DNA of 64,000 nt from Octopus vulgaris (Eukaryota), in contig OX597831.1 of assembly GCA_951406725.2 (NCBI GenBank), forward strand, positions 2,108,001 through 2,172,000. The letters are read 5' to 3'. Both the position numbers and the translations under genes were made by a program. Positions 12,686 to 25,305 of this stretch are shown one piece after another (position 1 is the stretch's first letter; every line of letters starts with the position of its first letter). A model generated the notes under the pieces. The model did no database searches, was not told the DNA's origin, and worked only from the letters and a program-made list of their open reading frames with translations.

Positions 12686-14758
12686 ATGTCAAACAAAGTT
12701 AAATATTTAAAAACTATAGATTTCAGTAAATTGAAACTTAAAGAACAAATTGAAATCAAGTCTCTAGGCAGACCAATGCCAAATTTAAACATGCAGAAGT
12801 GTGGTCCAAGCAGGAGTATTGAATATGTGAGGCAATTCAACTGTAACACATATGATAAATGTCTTTGGGTGTGTGGTTGTGAAGAATCAAATTCATTATA
12901 TTGTTACCCATGTTTACTATTTGGTGGGGATGTTCTTTGGACAAAATCTGGAGTAAATGATTTAAGATGTCTTCAGCAGAAGATTAGAAAACATGAACAA
13001 TCCAGCAAGCATATGGACAACATGATAAACCTAACTCTTCTGGGTTGTACAACTTGTTCTGCCCTTCAAAATCATGACAGTCCCGCAGTCACATGGCACA
13101 ATGAACGGGTGAAGAAAAATAGAAATGTCCTTCACAAAATAATAAATTGTTTGAAATTTTGTGGAGAATATAATTTACATATTCGAGGACTTGACAATTC
13201 ACATTTGGATAAAAGTTTGAATATATTTCAAGGTCTAATTGAGTACATGTATCATTTGGATTCTAGTTTTAGATTTGACGTATGTTCAGTAACAGTTTTA
13301 GAAGGAATATCACAAGCAATTTTGAATAAACTCTTAGAAGCTATGCTCAGTATTTGCCAAAATCAAATCAAGGAAGAGGTGAGCCATGCACAGTATTTAG
13401 CTGTTATGTGTGATGATATAGTTGATGTCTGTGATAAAATGCAAGTGGCAGTGGTTCTGAGATATATGCTGAATGGGAAACCTGTTGAAAGATTTTGGGG
13501 GTTTTTCAACCCCGTAAATAGAACAGTTGATGCTTTGACAGAAATGCTACAGAAAGAGTTGTATGGTTTGATACCAGATTGTCCCAGTAAACTTATTGCT
13601 CAAACGTATGATGGGGCAGTCAGTTTAAGTGGAGATAAGACAAATGTCCATACACTGATGAAAAAACAGTATAAAAATGCCCATTTCATTCATTGCTATG
13701 CACACAAGCATTGTGGAATTATTCAGAAAGCAACATGGCAAAATAGCAGCATGAAAGTATTTTTCAATGATATATCAAGTATTTCAACTTATTTTTCACG
13801 ACCAGAAGTACTGGAGAAGATTTTAGGACAAATGGTAGTGCCTTCTTGTACAAATTCCAAAGAAAGTAATATCACTTTCACAATCAATGCCATACATGCT
13901 ATGAAAGATACTTTAAAAGTATGTTGTGAAGTATTAGAAACACGGACTTTAACAGAAATTGGAACTGAAGCAACAGCTATAAAAAGAATATTGAACGATG
14001 CAGATTTTGAGTTTTGGCTCTATTTTTTCTCCAAAGTAATGCCTCATATTGATGAACTATTTTCCCAGTTTGAATACAAAAGCATTGATGTTAGAAAAGC
14101 TACCATCTCTTTAAGTACTTTCTATCACATTATGAAAACTATTCGCAATGAATACGTGGAAGTCAAAGAGAACTGTTCTGAGAATAAACAGAAAAAATGT
14201 TGTCCAGAGAAAGCAGCCACCATAGAGGAGGTGTGTGATATAATTTTACTGAAATGTAGTGAAAGATTAAGTTTTATTAATCATTTGGAAGCAAGCAAGT
14301 TACTTGTACCAGATAACTTTTCATCATTTCTTTCAAAATTTCCTAACTATGAGCTAACTGAAGCAGTTGATGCATATCCTATGCTTGACAGAGAAAAACT
14401 TGGAACTGAACTTGCTGTCCTCTACGCCAGGAGTGATATATATCAAACCAAAAAGCTGATAGATTTATTAAGATTCTTTAATGAGAGTCACTTACAAACA
14501 ACATTCTCTGAAACTGTAAAACTTATTAAAATTCTAATCACCACTCCAATGATTACTGAGGAATCAGAAAGATGTTTTAAAACTTTAGAGAAAATAAAAT
14601 CCTTTTTGCGGAACCCCATAGCAATTGATAACCTGACAGCCTTGGGTATGGTGTCATTGGAGTGTAATATGGTGAAAAAAATAACAGAATTTAATGAGAA
14701 AGTCATAGACTGCTTTGTGACAGCAAATAATTTTCAGGAAGATTTTATGTACAAATAA
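12686..14758 (+). CDS. hAT transposase-derived protein (ZMYM1-like; TTF-type Zn finger, DUF4371-like core, hATC dimerisation domain), 690 aa, intronless
   Basis: Uninterrupted ORF; YCYPCLLF...KHEQSSKH Zn finger, AVMCDDIVD, QTYDGA, HCYAH, TEESERCF motifs; gcaATG start; possible acceptor ttatgtag at 12642. Confidence 0.85.
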   Translation: MSNKVKYLKTIDFSKLKLKEQIEIKSLGRPMPNLNMQKCGPSRSIEYVRQFNCNTYDKCLWVCGCEESNSLYCYPCLLFGGDVLWTKSGVNDLRCLQQKIRKHEQSSKHMDNMINLTLLGCTTCSALQNHDSPAVTWHNERVKKNRNVLHKIINCLKFCGEYNLHIRGLDNSHLDKSLNIFQGLIEYMYHLDSSFRFDVCSVTVLEGISQAILNKLLEAMLSICQNQIKEEVSHAQYLAVMCDDIVDVCDKMQVAVVLRYMLNGKPVERFWGFFNPVNRTVDALTEMLQKELYGLIPDCPSKLIAQTYDGAVSLSGDKTNVHTLMKKQYKNAHFIHCYAHKHCGIIQKATWQNSSMKVFFNDISSISTYFSRPEVLEKILGQMVVPSCTNSKESNITFTINAIHAMKDTLKVCCEVLETRTLTEIGTEATAIKRILNDADFEFWLYFFSKVMPHIDELFSQFEYKSIDVRKATISLSTFYHIMKTIRNEYVEVKENCSENKQKKCCPEKAATIEEVCDIILLKCSERLSFINHLEASKLLVPDNFSSFLSKFPNYELTEAVDAYPMLDREKLGTELAVLYARSDIYQTKKLIDLLRFFNESHLQTTFSETVKLIKILITTPMITEESERCFKTLEKIKSFLRNPIAIDNLTALGMVSLECNMVKKITEFNEKVIDCFVTANNFQEDFMYK

Positions 14759-15750
14759 ATAACCAACTCTATATAGTCATCCTGGGAATAATGAATATGG
14801 AAGCATTTAAGAAAATGGGAAGATTTTTCTATATAAATAATGGACTCTGTACAGCCATCTTTGACCCTGGTGAAATATTCTAAAGTTCTCAAGAATAAAT
14901 GTGCATCATGTAAGAAATTCTCTGATATTATTCTTTTAGCTTTATTTTTTGTCACTTTTTCATGCAATCCTTGTAAGACAAAATTCTCATGGCCAAGCTT
15001 AGTCTGCCTAACAATAAACAGCTTACACTCTAAGTGATAAATACAGCTTAGCACTATAATCAATATAAGAACACTGAATGAGTAATAAGTATTTCATTAC
15101 TTTTCTGTGCTTGAGTTTCCCTAACCAAATAAAATAATTCTTTCAAAGGCCAGCAATTTTAGAGGGAAAGGTGTGTTGATTACATTGATGCCAGTACTCA
15201 ACTAATATTTATTTTATCAACTCCAAAAGGATGAAAGGCAAAGTCAACTTTGGCAGAATTTGAGCTCAGGACATAAATGAGCCTCAAGAAATGCCACTAA
15301 GCATTTCATCCAATGCACTAATGATTCTGCTGGCTCACCACCTTCTAACCAAATAAAATAATAAATGCTCTCTAAGACATGTTTTATCCCAATTCAACCC
15401 TTGTGATTAAAGGTGTTCCAACTATGCCCTCCATCATTTTTTTCAGACACTGTATCGAAGACTACGTTATCTAATGTGTTCTTCCTTTATTAGAGAGAGC
15501 AGGGAGTGATCTAAGATAGATTTGGCAGCCGTTTATAGCTGGTTGAGCAACTGCATTAAAAGCTATATTTATTAGTGCATATAGTTAATTTTTGGGTTAC
15601 CTTTTTGTATATATAATCCTTGTAAGTCAAGATCTTCATGGCCTGTCTAAGTCCTACAGTTAGCTGCAAAGTTCTTCAATAATATCAGATATTTCATTAT
15701 GTTTTACCCCTGAAGGTGGTGGTTATTTAATTTTATGGTGGCTAGGAAGC

Positions 15751-16110
15751 CATCATCATCATCATCATCATTTAACGTCCGCTTTCCATGCTAGCATGGG
15801 TTGGACGATTTGACTGAGGTCTGGTGAACCAGACTCCAATCTGATCTGGCAGAGTTTCTACAGCTGGATGCCCTTCCTAAAGCCAACCACTCCGAGAGTG
15901 TAGTGGGTGCTTTTACATGCCACCGGCACGAGGGCCAGTTTGATGGTACTGGCAACGGCCACGTCCAAATGGTGCTTTTCACGTGCCACCTGCACAGGAG
16001 CCAGTCCAGCGGCACTGGCGACGTCCTTGCTCGAATCTTTCACGTGCCACCAGCACATGTGCTAGTAAGGCGACGCGGTAACGATCACGCTCGAATGGTG
16101 TGCTTAACGT
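15751..16110 (-). mobile_element. RTE 3' UTR fragment with (cat)n tail
   Basis: Reverse complement of the 4125-4644 family; further copies at 22055, 23085, 31611, 33243, 38496, 48996, 57380, 60030, 62928. Confidence 0.85.
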
Positions 16111-16738
16111 GTCAATCAAATAAAATATTCTTTAAACTGTTCTCTCTTTTTAATAGCTGGGTGAATAATGCAGTCTAGAAATACAATGAAATGCATGCAA
16201 CAGATTTGAACTAATAACCTGTGAATAGTTAGTCCAAAACCTTATCCACTCAACTATCAAAACCTTCAAATCATCGAAAAGAAAGCAACAAGATTTCTCT
16301 CCAGTGCAATATTCATTCTTAAAAGTCTCTTACATGCAATCACTGTAAGTTACCTATTTAATGACTAACAATGGTCTTTAACAAGATGTTAGTCAAAAGG
16401 GTGAATATATGTCATTTGTTACTCTCACGGTGAGGCACAGTGGCCATGAACCTGTTTGCAGAAGGAGGGGTAGGTTCACATATGCTGAAAAGTAGAGAAA
16501 CCTGGGTGAGATTAGCAGTTGTTGTTTAGACCAAGGTCACACCTGACAAACACTTGTCATCAAAAGTACTCAAGCCATGACCAACCAATCCTTTCCTTTT
16601 TCAGGAATAGTGTATCTAGGACTACATTACCTATGTAATTTCTTTGTGAATGTTATGTTATAGTTTGAGGTGATATTTGGCTGCTATTTTCAATAGGTCA
16701 AGTGACTATGCCAAGGCTCCCTCATGATCAGCTTGGAC

Positions 16739-17080
16739 CAGGGGTTCTCAATCATTTTTTATCTATAAACCCCTTTGATTGCTATTTTACTCTGATATAT
16801 CTCCATAGCTAGTCAATGTTTAAAAACTAGTTTTATAGAACCTTCTTTCAAAATTCCTAATTTGTTTTTCACATAATATAGGTTGAATTATGTAAAATGT
16901 TAGAGAAAGAAACCTAGCTGTTTCTTGCAATATATATCAATACACACATCTAAAGCAAAACTTTTTCAGGAGCCCTTAAAATACTGTTGTAGATCCTCAA
17001 TTTATTATTTTGTGGTATGAACCCCCAAAAATCTAATATAAATCCTCAGGGTCCATATGGATGATGGTTGAGAACCACTG
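16739..17080. mobile_element. hAT-type MITE
   Basis: TIRs caggggttctcaa / ttgagaaccactg; degenerate 8-bp TSD gcttggac/atttagat. Confidence 0.7.
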
Positions 17081-17170
17081 ATTTAGATTATAATAGATTA
17101 ATTTTGAAGTTCTCAGTCTTTTTTTCACTTCACAGCATGCTGGCGATCAAACAAGAAATTATTGGCTTAA

Positions 17171-17390
17171 CCCTTTAGCATTCATATTATTCTGTCAAAT
17201 GTAAAGCTTATGTATTCACACCATTTTAAATTAATCATACATTATTTCATGGCTTTCAGATTTCAATGATGTGATTGCTTATTTTTAAAATGACACTATA
17301 ATGTAGCAATGAAAGACATTATCTGACCAGTTTGAAGATAAAACAGGTAGAATATTTTGGCTGGATATGGCCGGTTTAAACACTAAAGGG
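17171..17390. mobile_element. piggyBac-type MITE (TTAA)
   Basis: ttaa-ccctttag...ctaaaggg-ttaa; related copies at 41172-41400, ~43135-43355, ~63630-63851 and partial ones at 24270, 55985, 58448. Confidence 0.85.
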
Positions 17391-17458
17391 TTAAAAAAAC
17401 CTGTTTTAAAGTTCACAATCTAGGATTATAATTTTAAAAAACAACTATTATTTGCCTT

Positions 17459-17807
17459 TCTGTATTTAAGAGATGAGGAATTCTGTACATTATTTACATT
17501 CAACAGATATTTGTCTTCATCTTCTTTGTTGTTAACACGTTTCGGCTGTTATACCCTCCAGCCTTCTTCAGGTGTCTTGGGAAAATTTCGAACCGTTGGA
17601 AAAAAACATCAGCTAAGTAACGAAAAGGGATCCATTACAACTGTTGGAAAAAACATCAGCTAAATAACGAAATCAATACCTTAGGAATGAGAACCCAGGT
17701 TCGAAATTTCTCCAAGACACTTGAAGAAGGCTGGAGGGTATATCAGCTGAAATGTTGTGTTAACAACAAACAAAATGAGGACAAATATCCATCGAATGTA
17801 AATAATG
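17459..17807. mobile_element. Penelope-like foldback insertion with hammerhead-type arms
   Basis: Inverted arms ~17486-17594 / 17698-17809; 13-bp TSD tattatttgcctt (17446-17458, 17808-17820). Confidence 0.75.
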
Positions 17808-18656
17808 TATTATTTGCCTTGTTTTATTAATCATACATGTGTATAACAATTTCAAGACATTCAAACATGAGTATCATTAAAGCCTTGAATTTTATTTTAA
17901 AAAATTTGTGGCACACCATTTGGGAACCACTGGGCTAGATGAATATAGCTCCTACTTTAAACCAAAACCTATGATTTAGTATGATTGAGACAAATCACAT
18001 CTCTTACTTGCAATATTTGCTCCGTATTTAGCATTTTGCCTGCCATAGGTGTCACCAGTGACTTTCTACACTATATTCTTAATGTACTGTGGGAGTCACT
18101 GGTGACTCATAATGGAGTTTCACATCTCTGTAGTTCAAACTACATTATTTTAATTTTAGGAAATGTACTAAATACCTGTTTCTTTGTATTTCCCTGACTT
18201 TATCTTTCATCCTTTCAGGGTCGATAAATTAAGTGGCCCCCGTTCCCTGAAAATTTTGGGCTTTCTACCTTGAGTAGAAAAGTATATCTAATCATTTTTA
18301 TGTCTCCTTTTTTGCTGCTTGATGTATTGGTGAATAGTCAACTGAATTGGAGAGTATACACATAGATACATACATATATCGTCATCATCATAATTGTCAT
18401 TGTTTTAATGTCCACTTTTTAATGTTTGCATGCATTGGACAGTTTATTGAGGCTGATTTTCTACAGCCAGACACATTTCTTGACACCAACCCTCACCTGT
18501 TTCAAAGCAGGGTAATATTTCTCCATAGCCAGGCATGTTCTTGCAGAATATTGGAAATGAATTATATTCATTTACAATAATCAGACAATGTCAAAACAGA
18601 GAAACACACTTGCATACTTCCTTGCACAGATATACACACACACACATTCCGCCCTC

Positions 18657-18699
<43 letters not shown>

Positions 18700-20041
18700 C
18701 TTTTTTCAGTTTCTGTATACCAAATTCAATCACAAGTCTGAAGTTGGCCTAGGGCTATAGTAGAAAACACTAGCCCGAGGTTCCATGCAGAGGGACTGAA
18801 CCTGAAGCCATGTGGTTGGGAAGCAAACTTCTCAACCACTCAGTCATTCTTGCACCTAATATGTGTGTGTGTGTGTTTAAATTTGTTGTTAAATCAAGTA
18901 TTGTGTCCCTGTATGTCTCAAAGTTAGCTGTTCATGAAGCAGAGATCCATAAAATAAATGCCAGATTGAAATACGTACTGAGATCAGTATGATCAATTAA
19001 ATTTTTGAAGGTGATACCCCAACATGGTGACAGTCGAAAGACTAAACCCAGTAAAATAATGTTTAAAGACTCAATGGCTTCAAATTTAAGGTAATGGATT
19101 ACTAACCACAAGATGATGAGTTCAAAACTTTGTATTGAACTTCCGCTCTATACGATGACACTATATGTACCTCTCAGTCTTCTTGGCTTCCAACAATTAA
19201 CAATTATTTGAAGCTGAATGGTTAGCAGTAAGAAAGATGTCCAGGTTACTTAAAAAATTATTGTGCAAAATATTCTAAGAAAAAGTCTTTTCCCGCCACA
19301 ACGAAACACACACACACAGGTGTCTTTGTAGTAACTTGAGCTACTACAAATAGCAGCCAAATCTCTCTTAAAACACACCCTTTCGTCAAAAGAGAAACAC
19401 AAATTTACAGTATTTCAACAAGAAAAAACAAACTATACGATGCATCTAGTACAGACGCATCTCTGGGCTAAACAACACACAGACAAACATACTTCACGTT
19501 AAAAGATTATCTACTAAATAATACTAATAAATTTGACGGTACATCTACGAAGTTTCATTCCCCGGTAAAACTCAACAGTTTCTTATGCTCATCTAAGCCT
19601 TAAAGTATGTTCAGCTAGAGTTGCCTCCCTTAACTAAATATTTTCAACGTTGTATTTTCATGTTGTTTAATGCAAGATAGAGTCGGCCTATGATTAAATA
19701 TATTTCACTCATCATCATCATCTCGTCTTCTTATATATATAGTGTATCTAGGTATACATTATCCAATTTATCCTTCCCTTTTTTATGAGTACTGGGATGT
19801 GATGTGGAAGCTACTGTTTAGGAACCATATAGAAGCCATCTTGTTGGGGTGGTGTGAATATTAATAATTCAAACGATTGATAATAATGGTAAATACATCT
19901 CAGTAGTGGAACAGAACTAAGTTTTATCATTTAATATTTCTACTTTATTTTTTTAAACCTCTCTTTTCCCTTTTTTAGTCCTCCGCACCATCTCTTTATT
20001 GATAATTACCACAACAGAATTCTCTATCATATGTCGTTTTC

Positions 20042-20100
<59 letters not shown>

Positions 20101-21731
20101 AGAAAAAAAAAAAAAAAAGATGCAGGTATGGTTGTGTAGTTAAAATGCCTGCTTTGAATCCACCTGGTCTGGGGTTCAGTTCTACTGCACAGCAACTTGG
20201 GCAAGTGTCTTCTATAGATCTGGGTTGATCAATACCTTGTGAGGGAATTTGTTAGACAAACCGTGTAGAAGCCCATTTTGTGATTAAAAATAAGTGGGGG
20301 ATACCTAGAAGTAGCTGATAGCTTCATCCAGGTGAGCAAGTCAGCAGTGGAGGTGGATACCCCAAGAGTGTAGCTGCTAGAACTAGAATAGATTGGGTAA
20401 AATTCAGAGAGCTTCTACCTTCATTGGTAACACTCCCTCTGAGTGAAATGTAGATTGTATGATACCTGTGTAAGAACAGCCATGTTGCATGACAGTGAAA
20501 CATAGGCTGTGACTGCAGAGCACATGCAAAGACTTGGAACGCATTAAGCTAGTATGCTTCACTGGATGAGCAATGTCAGTGTGCATGTACAGTGGAGTGT
20601 AAGCATCTTGAGAGAAAAAGCTGAGCATAAGAGGCATGAGATGTGGTGCACAAGAAAGATGACTGTGTTCGTATGGTCATGTGATGCATAGGCTGTGGAC
20701 AGCTGTATAAAGAAGTGCTGATCTCTAACTGTAGAGGGAATCTGTGGGAGAGGTAGACCCAGGAAGACATAGGACGAGATGGTGAAGCATGATCTTCAAA
20801 TGTTGGGCCTCATGGGGGTGATGACAAGGGATTAAACCATTTGGCGATATGCTGTGCTCAAGAAGACTCATCTAACCATGTGAAATCATAGTCATGGCCA
20901 ATGCTGGTGTCACATATCAGGCGCACATGATGGTGATATGTAAAAGTACCCTGCTGGTGACACGTGAAAGCACCAGTTTTATGGTGTGTAAATTCTCCAC
21001 CTGGATGGGACACTTGTCTGTCACAAGATTACTCATTTTTGCCAGGTAAGTGGACTGGGGCAATGTGAAGTGAAGTGTTTTGCTCAGGAACACAATGCCA
21101 TCATCCAACCCAGGAATCGAAACCACAATCTTACAATCATGAGTCCAACACCGTACTCACTAAGCCACATGCCTCCAAACGTGATGTTAAGGGTCTACTG
21201 CCAAAGGGCTACTAATAGAAAGACTATTGTGATACACTAGATTTGTACATAGCAAATCAGAGTTCAAGGAGACTTGTGTTAACCAAAATCATTTACCTTT
21301 TATCTTTTTTCTTGTTTCAGTCATTCAACTGTGGCCATGCTGGGGCACCGCTTTGAAGAATATTTAGTTGAAAGAATCGACCCCAGTACTTATCTTTTTC
21401 TAAAGACTGGTACTTATTTTATTAGTCTCTCTGCTGAACTGATGAGTTATGGGGCTGTAGACATGCCAACACTGGTTGTCAAGTGGTGGAGAGGAAGACA
21501 AACACACACACATGGTGGGCTTCTTTCAGTTTCCCCTCAATCAAATCTACTCCCAAGTCTCTGGCTGGCCCAAGGCTTTAGTAGAAGATTCTTACCCAAA
21601 GTATCATGTAGTGGAACTGAACCAAGAACCATGTGGTTTGGAAGCAAGCTTCTTATAACACAGCCATGCCTGTGCTTGGTAAAGTTCACAAATTTGAATA
21701 CATTTCATGTCAAGGTGGAGTTATCCAAATT

Positions 21732-21962
21732 TATTTCTTTATTGCCCACAGGGGACTAAACATAGAGGGGACAAACAAGGACAGACAAAGGGATTAAGTC
21801 AATTACATCGACCCCAGTGTGTAACTGGTACTTATTTAATCGACCCCGAAAGGATGAAAGGCAAAGTTGACCTTGGTGGAATTTGAACTCAGAACGTAAA
21901 GACAGATGAAATACCGCAACACATTTCATCCGGTATGCTAACATTTCTGCCAGCTCACCACC
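21732..21962 (-). mobile_element. Meta-domain-like tRNA SINE
   Basis: Reverse complement of the 1185 family; others at 2410, 3117, 15140, 26909, 28671, 29340, 30245, 48005, 52893, 56154, 63307. Confidence 0.85.
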
Positions 21963-24939
21963 TGTAAACTTTACCAATGTTTGTACAGTTGTCAGTGTAA
22001 TCTTGTTGGATGAGTGATTCTACAGCAAATGCAGAATTGTAGTTTTTTACATATCTACACTCACGGAGTGGTTGGCGTTAGGAAGGGCATCCAGCCGTAG
22101 AAACACTGCCAGATCAGACTGGGCCTGATGCAGCCTTCTGGCTTCACAGACCCCAGTTGAACCGTCCAACCCATGCTAGCATGGAAAGCGGACGCTAAAT
22201 GATGATGAGAGTCTTCCAGAAAATAAATTATAACACATCTCTATATTATGAGAGAGTTTAGAAAATGTATCATTGTTTATCACATTAAAAAAAAAATGGC
22301 TTAAAATATCATTGAAAATGGTGGCAAATAAGGTTTTTATTAATTGTTAGAGAAAGTAAATACAGTGGGAAGAATGGAGGGCGGGATAAGAGTGATATTG
22401 AAGAAGTGAAGTAAAGACAAAATAAGGGTGTATATTTAGTTTGAGAGAAAAAATAAGGCAATGATAAAACAGGAGGGAAAGTGGGAGAATAGGAAGATAA
22501 GAGTGATGGAGAAAAGGAAGCAAGATGCAAAAGGAGATGGTATTTAGAGAGAAAGAGGGAGAGAGTAAAGCAAAATATTATACAGCTTAGCCTTTGTTGT
22601 CTGTGGCATGTATATGAGTGCATGTCTGTCTGGTAGGTATTGTGGATATTTTTGTTGACACAAAAAGACCTTTTTTTTCAAAAAAAAAATCAGCTGTCAT
22701 CTTCAGCTTTTTTTCCCCCCTCAAAGTTCAGTGGGGGAAATGTATGATCACCACCTGTCAGTAGGAAGACATGACATTTTGTGACATCTCTTATAAAGGT
22801 GCAGTAAACTACCACAGAATTATATGCAACAGCTGGTGGTGAGACAGGGGGGATGAGCTATTTAATTAATCAGGTACAAATTAAAATGTGTCCCATGATG
22901 AGGAGTTTGATTGATGAGTTTTGTTTTGTTAACAATCAACCTATTGTTCTATTTCCATTTCTTTTGTTTAATTATTTTTTTTTTTTGGCTCTTTTAGTGG
23001 GTTTCAGTTACTGAGTACATCTATGTCGGGAGCACTACCTTCGAAAGCTTTTAGTTGATCATACCAACTCAGGATTTATTTTAGTCTGCATCCGAACATG
23101 GCCGATGCCAGTGCCGCCTTGACTGGCTTCTGTGCTGGTGGCACGTAAAAAGCACTAACCAATCGTGGCCGCTGCCAGCCTCCCTTGGCATCTGTGCCGG
23201 TGGCACATAAAACGCACCCACTACACTCACGGAGTGGTTAGCGTTAGGAAGGGCATCCAGCTGTAGAAACACTACCAGATCAGACTGGAGCCTGGTGCAG
23301 CCTCCTGGTTTCCCAGACCCCGGTTGAACCGTCCAACCCATGCTAGCACGGAAAACGGATGTTAAACGATGATGATGATGATTTATTTTATCTGTGTCTT
23401 TTTATCAAAAAGTTACCATTAAGGGATTGTGACTTGACACACTGGTACACATCATACCCAACCACCCTACATAAGGAAAGAATCATGCTGGATATGAAGC
23501 ATGGAATAAACTATCTGCATCAGTTTTTAGTTGTCAGGACACTACATCCTTCAATACTTCTGTTTTCCTAAATTCACCAACATTACACGTTCCTCCTTTT
23601 TTTTTATGAATCATTCACTCTTCACTTTCCTGTTATTTTGTGCATTATTTATGCACTGTACATGCGCTTTTGACTACCTTTTTCTGATGAGCTGTAGTGC
23701 ACTTGAGCACTGTGTACAATATGTTCATTATAATTATTATAACTCTGTGTGTGTGTATAGTAGCTCTATGCCCAAATTTGAAACCAGACTGTTTGCATTG
23801 TAAATATGTGTAAGTATGGTCTGTCTCACTATAAAAAACACATCTCGAACTTTGGAAATCTTAGAGTTATGACATCACCACAGATCAGTCGACTCAGATT
23901 TGTTCAGGTTCTCAATAAGAAACTGTATCTGAAGACAAAGCAAGGAGTCTTGCAGACTGCATCTCAGGGACTTAACCAGATTACTTTGTCAAATGTAATG
24001 CATATTTATTCACGTTATTTTGAATTAATCAAGCATTATTGTGCAGCTTTGAGAATTCAGTTATGTGATTGTGTACGTCGGAGCACTGCATCCTTCAAGA
24101 CTTCCATGCTTCCTGAGATTCGCCAACACTACACTTGATTTTCTCCCCTCCATACACACACAAGCATGTTCACTTTCCAGACATTTCTACATTACTGCAT
24201 GTACTTTATATGCACTTTCTGACAAGTTGTGGTGCACCTGAGCACTGTATACAATAATTTCATTATTATTATTGTATTTTTATTTACAATGACATTGCAG
24301 GGTGAGTGTGAGATGCCAGATCTGGCCAGCTTGAACATAAAACAGATTGGATATTTTGGCCGGATATGGCCAGCTTAGATGCTAAAGGGTGAGTAGCAGA
24401 GAGTGACAGCCAACAAATTCTTGGTTGTGGTAGTCTCCACAGATACAAGTGTCAAGATGCCATGTTGTAAATAAAACTGTCAACACTAACACTAACACAT
24501 TCACTGAAATATTTAAAAAAAATTTCTACCAGAATAATCATTCTTCCATTATGAACAGTACTTTTCAATGTCCAATGATTTCTTTCCTCGGAATGGTGGT
24601 GTTCCTTGTAAATCGTTAACAATAAAAAAAGATAAAGTTAAACTGAAAACTACCAGCCCAGAGAAATCTCAATCTAAAATAACATGTTAGGTGAGTTTAG
24701 GTGTTGTTTAACCCTAGGTTAGCCTTCCACTTGATGAGCCTTTTGTGCATTCATGACCTTATCCAACGTGTTCTTCATTTTAAAGATGGCACTTGTTTGA
24801 GTCATTAGACTGCGGCCAAGCTGGGTCACTGCTTTGAAAAATTTTTAGTTGAATGAATTGACCGCAGTACTTTTCTGTTTTTTTTTACAGCCTGGTACAC
24901 ATTCTATCAATCTCTTTTGCCATACCTGTTACAAGGATG

Positions 24940-25305
24940 TAGGAGGCACAATGGTCCAGTGGTTAGGGCAGCGGACTCGCGGTTTCGATTCCCAGACCGG
25001 GCGTTGTGAGTGTTTATTGAGCGAAAACACCTAAAGCTCCACGAGGCTCCGGCAGGGATGGTGGTGATCCCTGCTGTACTCTTTCACCACAACTTTCTCT
25101 CACTCTTACTTCCTGTTTCTGTTGTACGTGTATTTCAAAGGGCCGGCCTTGTCACTCTCTGTGTCACGCTGAATATCCCCGAGAATAACGTTCAGGGTAC
25201 ACTTGTCTGTGGAGTGCTCAGCCACTTACACGTTAATTTCACGAGCAGGCTGTTCCGTTGATCGGATCAACCGGAACCCTCGTCGTCGTAACCGATGGAG
25301 TGTGC
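24940..25305 (+). mobile_element. tRNA-derived SINE nested in a CORE-like SINE
   Basis: A/B-box-like head ggaggcacaatggtccagtggttagg...ggtttcgattccc; related heads at 53572(-) and 21177(-). Confidence 0.7.

Noticed and set aside
19130-19580. Possible promoter (scattered CpGs, ETS-like acttccg)
   Set aside because: Signal too weak and no linked first exon
24940-25010. tRNA-like sequence
   Set aside because: SINE head; no complete cloverleaf
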